The notes under the pieces are model-generated. The model had not been told where the DNA came from and did no database searches. It was given only the letters and a program-made list of their open reading frames with translations. 64,000 nt of DNA from NCBI GenBank assembly GCA_964648205.1, contig CAZYNT010000003.1, positions 5,357 to 69,356 on the forward strand, in the 5' to 3' direction. The position numbers were made by a program, and so were the translations under genes. This document shows positions 36,801 through 45,493 of this stretch, piece by piece. The stretch's first letter is position 1; each line of letters opens with the position of its first letter. The stretch is from an uncultured Gammaproteobacteria bacterium. Its GTDB lineage: Bacteria > Patescibacteriota > Patescibacteriia > Patescibacteriales > UBA12465.

Positions 36801-36901
36801 TGAGCACCGATTTAAATTTTGTTGAAGCCTTGCCTGAAGTGCTGGTCAAAAAAGAAATAAAAATTGATGAAATAAAATTAATGCTCGGCTTAAAGAAGTA
36901 G
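33836..36901 (+). CDS. ileS: Isoleucyl-tRNA synthetase, type 2 (eukaryote/archaeal-like)
   Basis: EGPPTANGMPGIHHVLARAFKD (HIGH region), GWDTHGLPVE and KMSKSKGN. The 1021-aa length and PPTANG-type HIGH context are characteristic of type-2 IleRS. Confidence 0.95.
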   Translation: MPDNQANNKKEAPVNAFVAMEEAVLNFWDEAKIFEKSLKGDAPRGHFIFFEGPPTANGMPGIHHVLARAFKDVMPRYKTMNGFRVERKAGWDTHGLPVELQVEKQLGISGKPDIEKYGIKEFNQKCQESVWVYLDEWQKLTRRIAFWVDMEHPYITYDNSYIESLWWILKEIDKKGLVYKGHKVVPHCPRCGTALSSHEVAQGYKLTKDNSVYLKFKVTTGNALVNPGDFILAWTTTPWTLPGNVALAVGRDIDYVKVTTLNVDKRAKDGSIEYENLILAKDVFERLDKLDDKNPLKLAFNLVYIHDKKEGEATIKGSIVKKEFKGSELIGLEYEPLFDIASIKAEAATKNKKAYRVVPADFVTTSDGTGVVHTAVMYGEDDYNLGEVVGLPKVHTVDEAGHFTGDLSAYGLNGKFVKSAATETIILDYLKAQGILFKEEVYEHDYPFCWRCDTPLLYYAKNSWFIEVTKVKEELIANNQNINWVPDHIKAGRFGEWLNNVKDWAISRERYWGTPLPIWECEKCNKHRVIGSLEELSELSGRKTTLKSDIHRPEIDAYEITCALCGEKMKRVKEVFDCWFDSGAMPYAQNHYPFEKAELIDKKEQFPADFICEAIDQTRGWFYTLLAVSTLLGKGNPYKNVICLGLINDKFGKKMSKSKGNIISPWEVISLYGVDAVRQHMYTLNQPGEGKRYDLDDVKDVFRKNIMLLWNVYKFYEMYAVPESAKIEKPESKNVLDVWILAKLNEIIKTISAELDVFHVYEAARQIPEFIDELSTWYLRRSRDRFKSDDEADKKNALGTTRYVLSELAKLMAPFMPFIAESLWQRVSGNDFKDNNKSVHLEKWPTADETDNSHLLTDMNITRRIVELGLAKRDEAGIKIRQMLGKITIKIKNEITLEYIDLIKDELNLAAVEFAETDDDKIEVELDLVITPELKEEGLKRELIRFINMLRKEANLSLRDETSVYLAGAGAELKLALAKKKADIMKDTLSTDLNFVEALPEVLVKKEIKIDEIKLMLGLKK

Positions 36902-36943
36902 GAGAAAGAAAATTAGAACAGGGAAGAAATATTTTTTGGATGA

Positions 36944-36987
36944 AAAAAAGCCCCGTTGCACGATGTTCTGTGCTTCGGGGCTTTTGT
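36944..36987. terminator. Bidirectional hairpin terminator between convergent ileS and the gene at 37005-37454
   Basis: AAAGCCCCG at 36947-36955 pairs with CGGGGCTTT at 36976-36984, and the loop has inner GCAC/GTGC pairing. An A-run lies upstream and a T-run downstream. Confidence 0.6.
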
Positions 36988-37004
36988 AAGCGGTCTGAGG
37001 AGGT

Positions 37005-37454
37005 TTATCTGTGTTTTTTTGCCTCGTACAGTTTTATTTTCAGTATTGCGATAACAATAATGCCAATTATCGACACGATCCAGAAAAGGAACCGCCAGGT
37101 ATCGGCGTTCCTCCTCGTCTGATAAAGATCGGTAGAGGTAGTTTCCAGTTTGGCCTCAACTTCCTTTTTTTCCCGTTCCAGCACGAAAGCCTCAGTTGAA
37201 AATAAGAGGTTTTTATTATTAGCGAAGAGTGGCCAAGCATCTACAGGAATGCCGATTGATGCCAGTGTGGAAACGTCGGCATTGGTGCAGGTACTGCTGG
37301 AAATCTCAGATTCTCCGTTGTCGTAAGTGCTCTGGATATAGATTGTTAAAGTTTGACAATTTTTTACGACTACGGTTCCAGTTATGGAAGCGGAGACGTT
37401 TGTGACTGAGAAAATAGCTGCCAGCATGATCAGGATAATCATGATTTTTTTCAT
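37005..37454 (-). CDS. Small secreted, C-terminally membrane-anchored hypothetical protein
   Basis: Signal peptide MKKIMIILIMLAAIFSVTNVSA and a C-terminal TM helix (FLFWIVSIIGIIVIAIL) followed by a basic tail. Confidence 0.45.
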   Translation of the reverse strand: MKKIMIILIMLAAIFSVTNVSASITGTVVVKNCQTLTIYIQSTYDNGESEISSSTCTNADVSTLASIGIPVDAWPLFANNKNLLFSTEAFVLEREKKEVEAKLETTSTDLYQTRRNADTWRFLFWIVSIIGIIVIAILKIKLYEAKKHR

Positions 37455-37545
37455 AGTGAATTTGGTTTTTGTATTGGGTGAATACTAATTTTAAAAGAAC
37501 GGCAAGCGTTCCATATTTTTAACCAAAAAGTATAGAATATTTTAT

Positions 37546-37592
37546 ATATTTTGTCAATATTTCTTTTAACTTTAAAATATATTATAATAATT
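37546..37592 (+). promoter_or_regulatory. Promoter-like bipartite motif upstream of the U32-family gene (copy 2)
   Basis: TTTGTCAATATTTCTTTTA...TATTATAAT. TATAAT at 37583-37588 lies 28 nt upstream of the ATG at 37617. Confidence 0.35.
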
Positions 37593-37616
37593 ATAGAAAA
37601 AATTTGGCTAATATAT

Positions 37617-38873
37617 ATGAAAAAATTAGAATTACTGGCTCCGGCTGGAAATGAGCAAAAAATGAAAACCGCCTTTGCCTATGGCGCGGATGCGGTTTAT
37701 CTGGGTATTCCTGATTTTTCTCTGCGCGTCCGCATCAATGACTTTGATTTAGCCGGCATTAAAGAAGTGGTTAAATACGCGCATGCCAAAAAGAAAAAAG
37801 TTTATGTGACCGTTAATATTTTTGCGCATAATAAACATTTTAAAAAACTTCCGGCCTATTTAAAAATTTTAAAAGCGATTAAGGTCGATGCTTTGATTGT
37901 TTCTGATCCGGGGATTATTAATTTAATTAAAAAAGTTTGGCCGCAAGCGGAAATCCATTTATCAACCCAGGCGAATTGCACTAATTTGGAGGCCGTTAAG
38001 TTCTGGGCGAAGCAGGGACTGAAAAGAATAATCCTTGGCCGTGAAGTAACCCTAAAAGAAATAAAGGAAATCCATAAGGCGGTTCCTAAAATGGAATTAG
38101 AATATTTTGTGCACGGCGCGATGTGCATGGCTTATTCCGGCCGCTGCTTCTTGTCGAAATTAATCCTGGACCGCAGCGGCAATTTGGGCGATTGCGCTCA
38201 GCCTTGCCGCTGGGAATACGACGTAACTCTTAAAACCGGCAACCATGACGAAGAATTGGAGCTGGTCGAAGAGCGCCACGGCGCCTATCTTTTGAACTCA
38301 AAAGATTTATGTTTGATTAAATATTTGAAGGAACTCGCGGCCGCCGGCGTTACGAGCTTTAAAATAGAGGGCCGGGCGAAAAGCGTCTACTATCAAGCCA
38401 CAGTCTGCGGCATTTACCGCACGGCGCTTGATTTGGTTGATAAAAAAATCGCGGGGGCAAAGTTAAAAAACGAATTAAACCCCTTATTCAAAGAACTTGA
38501 AACTAAATTAGTCCATCGCGGCTACACGACCGGTTTTTTGCTGGGAACCAAAGCCGACCAAAATATTACCAACTCCCATAATAAGAGCGCCTGGGAATTT
38601 TGCGGCCAGGTCTTAAAGAGCGAAAAGACGCCGAACGGAAAAATCGCCGTTTATTTCCGGGTCCACAATACAATCAAACTCGGCGATACAATCGAGATTA
38701 TTCGGCCGAATTATGATATAATAAAATTGGAATTAGCCAGTCTTTTGGAAGCGAAAACCGACACCGAACTTAAAGAAGCTCATGGCGGCGGCGGAGCGCA
38801 AACCGCCCGGCTCGAATTAGATTATAAATTCGGCCTGATTCCGGCTCTAACGGTCATTAGAAGAAAAAATTAA
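37617..38873 (+). CDS. Peptidase U32 family protein (RlhA/TrhP-type RNA hydroxylation factor family)
   Basis: I place the start at MKKLELLAPAGN. Typical U32 segments are present: GADAVYLG, EYFVHGAMCMAYSGRCFLS, and the conserved Cys cluster CAQPCRW. Confidence 0.8.
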   Translation: MKKLELLAPAGNEQKMKTAFAYGADAVYLGIPDFSLRVRINDFDLAGIKEVVKYAHAKKKKVYVTVNIFAHNKHFKKLPAYLKILKAIKVDALIVSDPGIINLIKKVWPQAEIHLSTQANCTNLEAVKFWAKQGLKRIILGREVTLKEIKEIHKAVPKMELEYFVHGAMCMAYSGRCFLSKLILDRSGNLGDCAQPCRWEYDVTLKTGNHDEELELVEERHGAYLLNSKDLCLIKYLKELAAAGVTSFKIEGRAKSVYYQATVCGIYRTALDLVDKKIAGAKLKNELNPLFKELETKLVHRGYTTGFLLGTKADQNITNSHNKSAWEFCGQVLKSEKTPNGKIAVYFRVHNTIKLGDTIEIIRPNYDIIKLELASLLEAKTDTELKEAHGGGGAQTARLELDYKFGLIPALTVIRRKN

Positions 38874-38878
38874 AAAAT

Positions 38879-39460
38879 ATGATTTCTTATCTACGCGGTC
38901 GCATTATCAATAAATCTTTAAACTTTGCGATTTTAGAAGTGTCGGGCGTCGGCTACCAAATTTATGCCGGCGAAAATTTTTTAAATGAACTGAAAATCGG
39001 AGCGGAAGTTGAAATCTATACTCATCATCAAGTCCGGGAAGAAGCGAGCGATCTTTACGGCTTTAAAATCATGGAAGATTTAGAACTGTTTACTTTACTT
39101 CTAACGGTTTCCGGAGTTGGGCCAAAATCAGCTTTAGGCGTTATTTCTATTGCCAGTGCAAATGATATTAAAGAAGCGATTATTCGGGGCGACGCCAATC
39201 TTTTAACTAAAGTTTCTGGCATTGGCAAAAAAACCGCCGAACGGGTCGTCCTTGAACTTAAAACTAAGGTTTTGCGCTCGGGTGGCGTGGCAACAACAAT
39301 TAATTCTTCCAGTCTGATGGGCAGCGACGAAATCGACGCTTTAATGTCTCTAGGATATACCCTAAGCGATGCGCGCTCGGCCTTGAATTCGATTGATCCG
39401 GCGCTCACAGATAGCGGCGAACGCGTGAAAGCGGCGCTCAAAAAAATGGCTAAAAATTAG
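38879..39460 (+). CDS. ruvA: Holliday junction branch migration complex subunit RuvA
   Basis: MISYLRGRI...VGYQI...LYGF...LFTLLLTVSGVGPKSALGVIS...KVSGIGKKTAERVVLELK. Confidence 0.9.
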   Translation: MISYLRGRIINKSLNFAILEVSGVGYQIYAGENFLNELKIGAEVEIYTHHQVREEASDLYGFKIMEDLELFTLLLTVSGVGPKSALGVISIASANDIKEAIIRGDANLLTKVSGIGKKTAERVVLELKTKVLRSGGVATTINSSSLMGSDEIDALMSLGYTLSDARSALNSIDPALTDSGERVKAALKKMAKN

Positions 39461-39544
39461 CTCGCCTTACTGGGCGAAGCAAGCTTTACAAGCCCCTAAT
39501 TTTTCGTTAGTATAAAGATAAATTTACTTCTAATCAAATCGTTT

Positions 39545-40771
39545 ATGCGTCAATCGCAACTTTTTACCAGAACAGTCAAAGAACTGCCCAAAGATGAAAC
39601 GAGTTATAATGCCCAAGCCCTGATTAGGGCTGGTTTTATTGATAAGGTTGGCGCAGGTATTTATACTTTTTTACCTTTAGGTTTGCGCGTATTATATAAG
39701 ATAATGAACATTATCCGAGAAGAGATTAATGCGGCTCACGGCCAGGAGGTTTTGATGCCGGCTTTAACGCCGAAAGAATCCTGGGTGGCGACTGGCCGTT
39801 ATGAGAATTTTGATGCTTTGTTTAAATTAAGCGGATCTGACAAGAAAGAATATGCGCTTGGCGCGACTCACGAAGAAATCGTTACCCCTTTGGGCGGAAA
39901 ATTTATTTTTTCCTATCGCGAATTACCATTAGCCATTTATCAAATCCAGACTAAATTTAGGAATGAAAAGAGAGCTAAAGCCGGCCTTATCCGGGGGCGG
40001 GAATTTTCTATGAAAGATTTATATTCTTTCCACGTCAATCAAGCCGATTTGGACCGCTACTACGAAGAGGTGAAAGCCGCTTATGACAAAATTTATAAAC
40101 GTTTAGGTTTGGGCGACTACACTTATTTGACCTACGCTTCGGGCGGAACTTTTTCCAAGTATTCCCATGAGTTCCAGACCATAACTGAGGCGGGCGAAGA
40201 TAATATTTTTGTTTGCGAGAAATGTAAAGCCGCGGTTAATCAGGAAATAATTGCCGAACAGCCGAATTGTCCGTTATGCGGCAATAAAAAATTAATAGAG
40301 AAGAAAGGAATTGAAGTGGGGAATATCTTCAAGCTCGGCACAAAATATTCCGCGCCTTTCGGCGTAAAGTATAAAGATCAGACCGGGAAAGAAGAGCTTG
40401 CGGTCATGGGTTGTTATGGCATCGGCCCGAGCCGCGTCATGGGCACGATCGTTGAATTATTCCACGACGAGAAGGGAATGATTTGGCCGGAAAGCGTGGC
40501 GCCGTTCAAGGTTCATCTTTTATCGCTCGGCGAGGATGAGGCCGCTAGAAAAATTTATGATGATTTGGCGAAAGAGGGGATTGAAGTCCTTTTTGACGAT
40601 CGCGACTTGCAGGCAGGTGAAAAATTTGCTGATGCGGATTTAATCGGCTGCCCCTATCGTTTGATAGTGAGCAAGAAAACTTTATCTACAGGCAGCGTTG
40701 AGCTAAAAAGCCGAACGCAAGCTGTTGGCGATTTAGTAAAAATTGAAGACTTAAGTGCGAAATTAAAATAG
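39545..40771 (+). CDS. proS: Prolyl-tRNA synthetase, minimal bacterial-type lacking the INS editing domain
   Basis: Class II motifs are present (FRNEKRAKAGLIRGREFSMKDLYSFH; GIEVGNIFKLGTKYS; GCYGIGPSR). At 408 aa it is well short of the ~570 aa I recall for E. coli-type ProRS. A CxxC...CxxC segment occupies the INS position. Confidence 0.9.
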   Translation: MRQSQLFTRTVKELPKDETSYNAQALIRAGFIDKVGAGIYTFLPLGLRVLYKIMNIIREEINAAHGQEVLMPALTPKESWVATGRYENFDALFKLSGSDKKEYALGATHEEIVTPLGGKFIFSYRELPLAIYQIQTKFRNEKRAKAGLIRGREFSMKDLYSFHVNQADLDRYYEEVKAAYDKIYKRLGLGDYTYLTYASGGTFSKYSHEFQTITEAGEDNIFVCEKCKAAVNQEIIAEQPNCPLCGNKKLIEKKGIEVGNIFKLGTKYSAPFGVKYKDQTGKEELAVMGCYGIGPSRVMGTIVELFHDEKGMIWPESVAPFKVHLLSLGEDEAARKIYDDLAKEGIEVLFDDRDLQAGEKFADADLIGCPYRLIVSKKTLSTGSVELKSRTQAVGDLVKIEDLSAKLK

Positions 40772-40787
40772 TTTAAAGATTTAAAAT

Positions 40788-41828
40788 ATGTTCAATAAAC
40801 TTATCGGCCGCTTTAGCCATGATTTAGGAATCGATTTAGGCACTAGGAATACCTTGGTTTATGTTACCGATAAAGGGGTGGTTGTGAACGAGCCGAGCGT
40901 TGTCGCTATTAATAAGCGCACCAATGAAATTTTGGAAGTGGGCGAAGCCGCTAAAAAGATGGTTGGTAAAACTCCGGGGCACATTGAAGCGATTAAACCA
41001 CTAGTGGATGGAGTGATTTCTGATTTTGAAATCACGGAAAAGATGTTGAAATATTTTATCAATAAAGTCCACAGTGAAAATTTTACCCTTATCCCTCGCC
41101 CCCGCGTCGTCATTGGCATTCCGCTTGATTTGACCGAAGTGGAAAAGAAAGCGGTTGAAGACGCCGCTCGTTCGGCCGGAGCCAGAAAAGTCTATTTGAT
41201 TGAAGAGGCGATGGCGGCGGCGATTGGCGCGCGCCTGCCCGTAACCGAAGCGACCGCGACGATGATTGTCGATATCGGCGGCGGCACGACTGAAATCGCC
41301 GTTGTTTCTTTGGGTGGCGTCGTTACTTGGCGCTCGCTGAAAGCGGCGGGCAATGAATTTGACAATAATATTATTGAATATATCCGCGAGGAATTTAATA
41401 TCTTAATCGGCGAGCAATTGGCGGAAAGCATTAAGATCGGCATTGGTTCAGCCGTCCCGCTTGATGAGCCTAAGGAAATAGAAGTCAGGGGCCGCGATCT
41501 GTTGACCGGTCTGCCGAAGGCGATTATGATTACCGACAAACAAGTTCGCGAAGCGATTAGCCGGACTATTTCCAAGATTATTGAAACCATTAAGACGATT
41601 CTTGAGACCACTCCGCCGGAACTGGTTTCCGATATTTATGAGCGAGGCCTTTATTTATCCGGCGGCGGCGCTTTGCTGCGCGGGCTCGATAAGGCGATTT
41701 CCGCCGCGGCGAAAATTCCGGTTAAAATTGTTGATGATCCGCTGACTTGCGTGGCCCGTGGAACGGGTTTGCTTTTAGGCAATAAAGAACTGCTCGAAAA
41801 AGTCGTATTAGCCAACAACCAAGAATAG
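40788..41828 (+). CDS. mreB: Rod shape-determining actin homolog MreB
   Basis: DLGIDLGTRNTLVY, IVDIGGGTTEIAV, LSGGGALLRGLD. mreC and mreD follow. Confidence 0.92.
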   Translation: MFNKLIGRFSHDLGIDLGTRNTLVYVTDKGVVVNEPSVVAINKRTNEILEVGEAAKKMVGKTPGHIEAIKPLVDGVISDFEITEKMLKYFINKVHSENFTLIPRPRVVIGIPLDLTEVEKKAVEDAARSAGARKVYLIEEAMAAAIGARLPVTEATATMIVDIGGGTTEIAVVSLGGVVTWRSLKAAGNEFDNNIIEYIREEFNILIGEQLAESIKIGIGSAVPLDEPKEIEVRGRDLLTGLPKAIMITDKQVREAISRTISKIIETIKTILETTPPELVSDIYERGLYLSGGGALLRGLDKAISAAAKIPVKIVDDPLTCVARGTGLLLGNKELLEKVVLANNQE

Positions 41829-41854
41829 GCGGCCCTAAATAAGATTTTTTTATC

Positions 41855-42667
41855 ATGAGAAAAATAAAAAAGAACAATCCGATTGTAATTTCACTGGTAG
41901 TTTTCGGGCTACTGGTTTTTTTACATAGCGTCGGAATTTTGCGCCCTTTAGAAAAACTTTTTTTAAGCGCCGTCCGTCCCATAAGCGAGCGCCTTTATGG
42001 CCTAGGCGATTCTTTCAACCGCTCTTATCAAGACAAGGAAACCCAGGATTCTCTCCAGACTAAAGTCGACGAACTGACGAGGGAGGTCGCCCGCCTGACA
42101 GTCGAGAATTCGAAGCAGAAGGAATTAGCCGAAGAGAATAATAAGCTGAGAAGCCAATTGGAATTTTTAAATGATAATAATTTCAAAGCGGTGGCGGCGG
42201 CGGTTATCGCGCGCGAAACTTTAGCCGAGGGGACGGAAGCCAGCCAGGATTTGATTATCAATAAGGGCACTAAAGACGGGATTGCCGCCGGCCAAGGGGT
42301 AGTGTCCGAAGATGGCTTGATTATCGGTAAAATAATCGAAGCTAAAGAAACGAGCGCTAAAATTTGTTTGACGACGAGTCCGGAATGTAAATTGGCGGCC
42401 GCCATTCAGAACCAGACGAAAACGCAGGGGATTACCGACGGCGATTTAGGATTGACCATAAAAATGAATTATATCCCCCAACTAGAAAAGATTGTTGTGG
42501 GAGACACAGTTATCACTTCCGGCTTGGGAGGGAAAATACCCCGCGGCTTGTTGATCGGCAAAGTAATCGAAATTAGGAATGAAAGCAATGAAGTCTGGCA
42601 GGATGCGACTATAGAGCCTTTGGTTAATTTGAATAATTTGACCGTCGTGACAGTTATTATTCCTTAA
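41855..42667 (+). CDS. mreC: Rod shape-determining protein MreC
   Basis: N-terminal TM helix, a coiled coil (LTVENSKQKELAEENNKLRSQLEFL), and a C-terminal beta domain (VVSEDGLIGKI...VITSGLGGKIPRGLLIGKV). Confidence 0.8.
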   Translation: MRKIKKNNPIVISLVVFGLLVFLHSVGILRPLEKLFLSAVRPISERLYGLGDSFNRSYQDKETQDSLQTKVDELTREVARLTVENSKQKELAEENNKLRSQLEFLNDNNFKAVAAAVIARETLAEGTEASQDLIINKGTKDGIAAGQGVVSEDGLIIGKIIEAKETSAKICLTTSPECKLAAAIQNQTKTQGITDGDLGLTIKMNYIPQLEKIVVGDTVITSGLGGKIPRGLLIGKVIEIRNESNEVWQDATIEPLVNLNNLTVVTVIIP

Positions 42668-42671
42668 GCTT

Positions 42672-43214
42672 ATGATAAAGCGCATTTGGCAAATATTCAT
42701 TTTGTTTTTCTCTCTTTCTTTTTTAGCTTGGCTGCAGTTTTCTTTTGTTAGCGCTTTGCCCGATCCCTATCGCCAGCTTAATTTGGTTCTCATCATCCTG
42801 ACATTTATCCTTTTTTTCTTGGATTTTTACACCGCCTTGCTTTCCGCGCTCATGGCCGGATTTTGGCTCGATGTTTTGTCTTTTCATTTTTTCGGGTTTT
42901 ATCTGATTATTTTTTTGAGCACGCTTTTTTTGGCGCAATGGGTGCTGAAAAATTGGCTGACTAACCGCTCTTTCTATACTCTATTGGCGCTGATGGTTGG
43001 TTTGACGATTTTTTATAATTTTCTGGCTGCGGCTATTCTGTCATTGTTCAGCTCTGGCCTTGATACTTTTTTCCTTTTTCAGTCTCATTTTTGGATAACT
43101 TTAGCTTATCAGAGCTTGTGGAGCTTTCTGGCGGCCCTGATTTTATTTAATCTGGCTACCCTGGCTTCGAAAAGAATTAAACCCTTTTTTTTGGAAAAGA
43201 AGACTTTTTTATGA
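42672..43214 (+). CDS. mreD: Putative MreD
   Basis: A 180-aa polytopic membrane protein immediately downstream of mreC. The assignment is mainly positional. Confidence 0.55.
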   Translation: MIKRIWQIFILFFSLSFLAWLQFSFVSALPDPYRQLNLVLIILTFILFFLDFYTALLSALMAGFWLDVLSFHFFGFYLIIFLSTLFLAQWVLKNWLTNRSFYTLLALMVGLTIFYNFLAAAILSLFSSGLDTFFLFQSHFWITLAYQSLWSFLAALILFNLATLASKRIKPFFLEKKTFL

Positions 43215-43240
43215 TAATATTATATTAATAAATTTATTCT

Positions 43241-44221
43241 ATGAAATATGATTTTATAACTATCGGCGGGACAACGCACGATATTTCCTTTTTTACCGAT
43301 CAAGGGATCTTAATCAATAATGGTCAGGATATTTTGCGCCAGAAGCTTTTAGCTTTTGAGTCGGGAGCAAAGATAAAGGTGGATAAATTCCATTATTCTT
43401 TTGGCGGAGGCGCGGCTAATGCGGCCGCCTGTCTTGTGAATTTTTCCTTGAAGGTAGCCTGCTTGGCTCCCGTAGGCGATGATCATAACGGCCGTCTGAT
43501 TATTGAGAATCTTAAAGCCCGTAAGGTCGATACTCATTTGATGAAAATAATAAAAAACGAGGAAAGCGGATCATCGTTCATCCTGATCGAACCGAGCGGA
43601 GAAAGGATTATTTTTGCCCAGCGCGGCGCTAATAACAGATTAGTTATAAGCGCTGAAGATGTTTCCAAACTGAAAAATACCAAGGCAATATATATTGCCT
43701 CTTTATCCGGCAAATGGCTAGAAAATTTAAGGAAAATTTTTTCCGTCGTTACGGAAAAGGGCCCGAATGTTTTTTGGAATCCGGGCATGACCCAGCTTCT
43801 AGGCGGAGTAGAGAAGATAAAGCCGTATTTAGCTAAGACGACTGTTTTGGCTTGTAATAAAGATGAAGCCCTGGGATTGGTTTTAAACTCTCGGGAATAC
43901 AAGAATTCTAATCATGACTTTTTGAATAACACCGAAAATTTGATTAAAATTCTCCACAGCTTCGGCCCGAAATTGGTCGTGATAACCATGGGGAGCGATG
44001 GCGTGATAGTTTACGACGGGAAGAATATTTATCGGCGCGATATCATTAAAGAGAAAAAGCGCGTCGACACAACCGGCGTCGGCGATATTTTTAATTCTTC
44101 TTTCGCCGCTGGCTGGACGCTGTTTAAAAGCGATATCAATAAAACTTTGCAACTTAGCTTGCAGAACGCCGCGACCAAAGTTTCCCATATCGGCGCTCAG
44201 GGTAGATTGATTAAAATTTAA
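43241..44221 (+). CDS. PfkB-family carbohydrate/nucleoside kinase
   Basis: GGGAANAA (N-terminal GG motif) and DTTGVGDIFNSSFAAG (the PfkB signature 2 region). Confidence 0.75.
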   Translation: MKYDFITIGGTTHDISFFTDQGILINNGQDILRQKLLAFESGAKIKVDKFHYSFGGGAANAAACLVNFSLKVACLAPVGDDHNGRLIIENLKARKVDTHLMKIIKNEESGSSFILIEPSGERIIFAQRGANNRLVISAEDVSKLKNTKAIYIASLSGKWLENLRKIFSVVTEKGPNVFWNPGMTQLLGGVEKIKPYLAKTTVLACNKDEALGLVLNSREYKNSNHDFLNNTENLIKILHSFGPKLVVITMGSDGVIVYDGKNIYRRDIIKEKKRVDTTGVGDIFNSSFAAGWTLFKSDINKTLQLSLQNAATKVSHIGAQGRLIKI

Positions 44222-44253
44222 TTTTTATTTTTTAAGTTAATAAAAGATTGACT

Positions 44254-44706
44254 ATGATCCACGGCGTAATAATAAAACCTTTGGTTAAGAATACTGATGC
44301 GCGCGGCTCGCTCACGGAGATTTTTCGCCGCGATGAACTTGATTTTGATCCCCTGATGTCTTATGTCAGCTTGACTAACCCCGGGGTGGTGCGCGGCCCC
44401 CATGAACATAGGGCGCAAAGCGACTGTTTTGTTTTTATCGGTCCGGGCAATTTTCGTTTATATCTTTGGGACCGCCGCGAAAAATCGCCGACTAAAGGCG
44501 AGGCGCTGGAGATTGAGGTGGGAGAAAGTAGCCCGAGCCTAGTGATTGTTCCTCCGGGCGTGGTCCATGGCTATAAATGTATATCCGATGTTCCGGCTCT
44601 CAGCATAAATTTACCGGATAAATTATATAAAGGAGCTAATAAAGCCGAAGAAGTGGATGAAATAAGATGGGAAAAAGATTCTAAGTCCCCGTATAAAATA
44701 AGTTAA
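44254..44706 (+). CDS. RmlC-like cupin (dTDP-4-dehydrorhamnose 3,5-epimerase-related)
   Basis: DARGSLTEIFR...VRGPHEH...VIVPPGVVHGY is the RmlC/cupin pattern. It is short at 150 aa. I prefer the ATG at 44254 to the TTG at 44248. Confidence 0.6.
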   Translation: MIHGVIIKPLVKNTDARGSLTEIFRRDELDFDPLMSYVSLTNPGVVRGPHEHRAQSDCFVFIGPGNFRLYLWDRREKSPTKGEALEIEVGESSPSLVIVPPGVVHGYKCISDVPALSINLPDKLYKGANKAEEVDEIRWEKDSKSPYKIS

Positions 44707-44715
44707 CAGATATAT

Positions 44716-45111
44716 ATGTGTATCTTTTGCCAAATAGTTAAGCATGAGATTCCTTGTCACCAGGTCTATGAAGATGATAAGGTTTTGACCTTTTTAGATA
44801 TAAAACCGGTTAATCCCGGGCATATTTTAGTTTTGCCCAAAAAACATTATCAGAATATCGATGATATTACGGAAGAAGATTTTATCGCCGTCATGCTGGT
44901 CGTTAAGAAGATGGGAAAATTACTGAAAGAAAAACTAGGTGTCGCTGGTTATAACGTAGTAGAAAACAATGATCCCGTGTCCGGCCAAAATATTCCGCAT
45001 TTGCATTTTCACGTTATTCCGCGCCATGTGGGCGACGGCCATGTCCAGTGGCCGCAATCAGAATATGCGCCGGGGCAAGTAGAGAGTATAGTTAAGAAAT
45101 TAAACTCTTAG
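44716..45111 (+). CDS. HIT (histidine triad) family protein, Hint branch
   Basis: CIFCQIV...DIKPVNPGHILVLPKKH...HLHFHVIPR. Confidence 0.85.
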   Translation: MCIFCQIVKHEIPCHQVYEDDKVLTFLDIKPVNPGHILVLPKKHYQNIDDITEEDFIAVMLVVKKMGKLLKEKLGVAGYNVVENNDPVSGQNIPHLHFHVIPRHVGDGHVQWPQSEYAPGQVESIVKKLNS

Positions 45112-45114
45112 CCT

Positions 45115-45489
45115 ATGGCCGTAATTACTGCTGGTTTAAAAAAATTAATCGAAGATAATGTCTTAGCTCTGGCTACTACTGGCAAAGGGAAGCGGCCCCA
45201 CGTGATTGCGGTGGCTTATTGTAAAGTGTTCGGCGATAAGATTATTATCAGCAATTCCCATATTAAAGAATCAATAAAAAATTTAGATGCTAATAATAAC
45301 GTTTCTATTTCGGTTTGGCATAAGGATTGGGAAAAGGTTTGTATCGGCTTTGAATTAACTGGAAAAGCGAAAAATATTAAAAGCGGAAAATGGTTTGAAT
45401 TTGTAAAAAATATGCCAGAAAATAAAGGTTATAACATCAAAAGTGCGATTGTCGTTAATATTTTGAAAGCGAAAAAATTACAAAGTTAA
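45115..45489 (+). CDS. Pyridoxamine 5'-phosphate oxidase-like FMN-binding split-barrel protein
   Basis: 124 aa. The pattern NVLALATTGKGKRPHVIAVAY resembles PNPOx-like proteins. Evidence is weak and by eye only. Confidence 0.45.
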   Translation: MAVITAGLKKLIEDNVLALATTGKGKRPHVIAVAYCKVFGDKIIISNSHIKESIKNLDANNNVSISVWHKDWEKVCIGFELTGKAKNIKSGKWFEFVKNMPENKGYNIKSAIVVNILKAKKLQS

Positions 45490-45493
45490 TATT

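Noticed and set aside
37496-37512. Hairpin GAACG-GCAAG-CGTTC in the divergent region between 37454 and 37617.
   Set aside because: The stem is only 5 bp. It lies upstream of both flanking genes, so a terminator role makes no sense, and its predicted stability is marginal in an AT-rich context.
39462-39485. A possible terminator hairpin after ruvA (GCTCGCC-TTACTG-GGCGAAGC).
   Set aside because: The stem is imperfect and needs a bulge, and no T-run follows. This is not enough to call a terminator.
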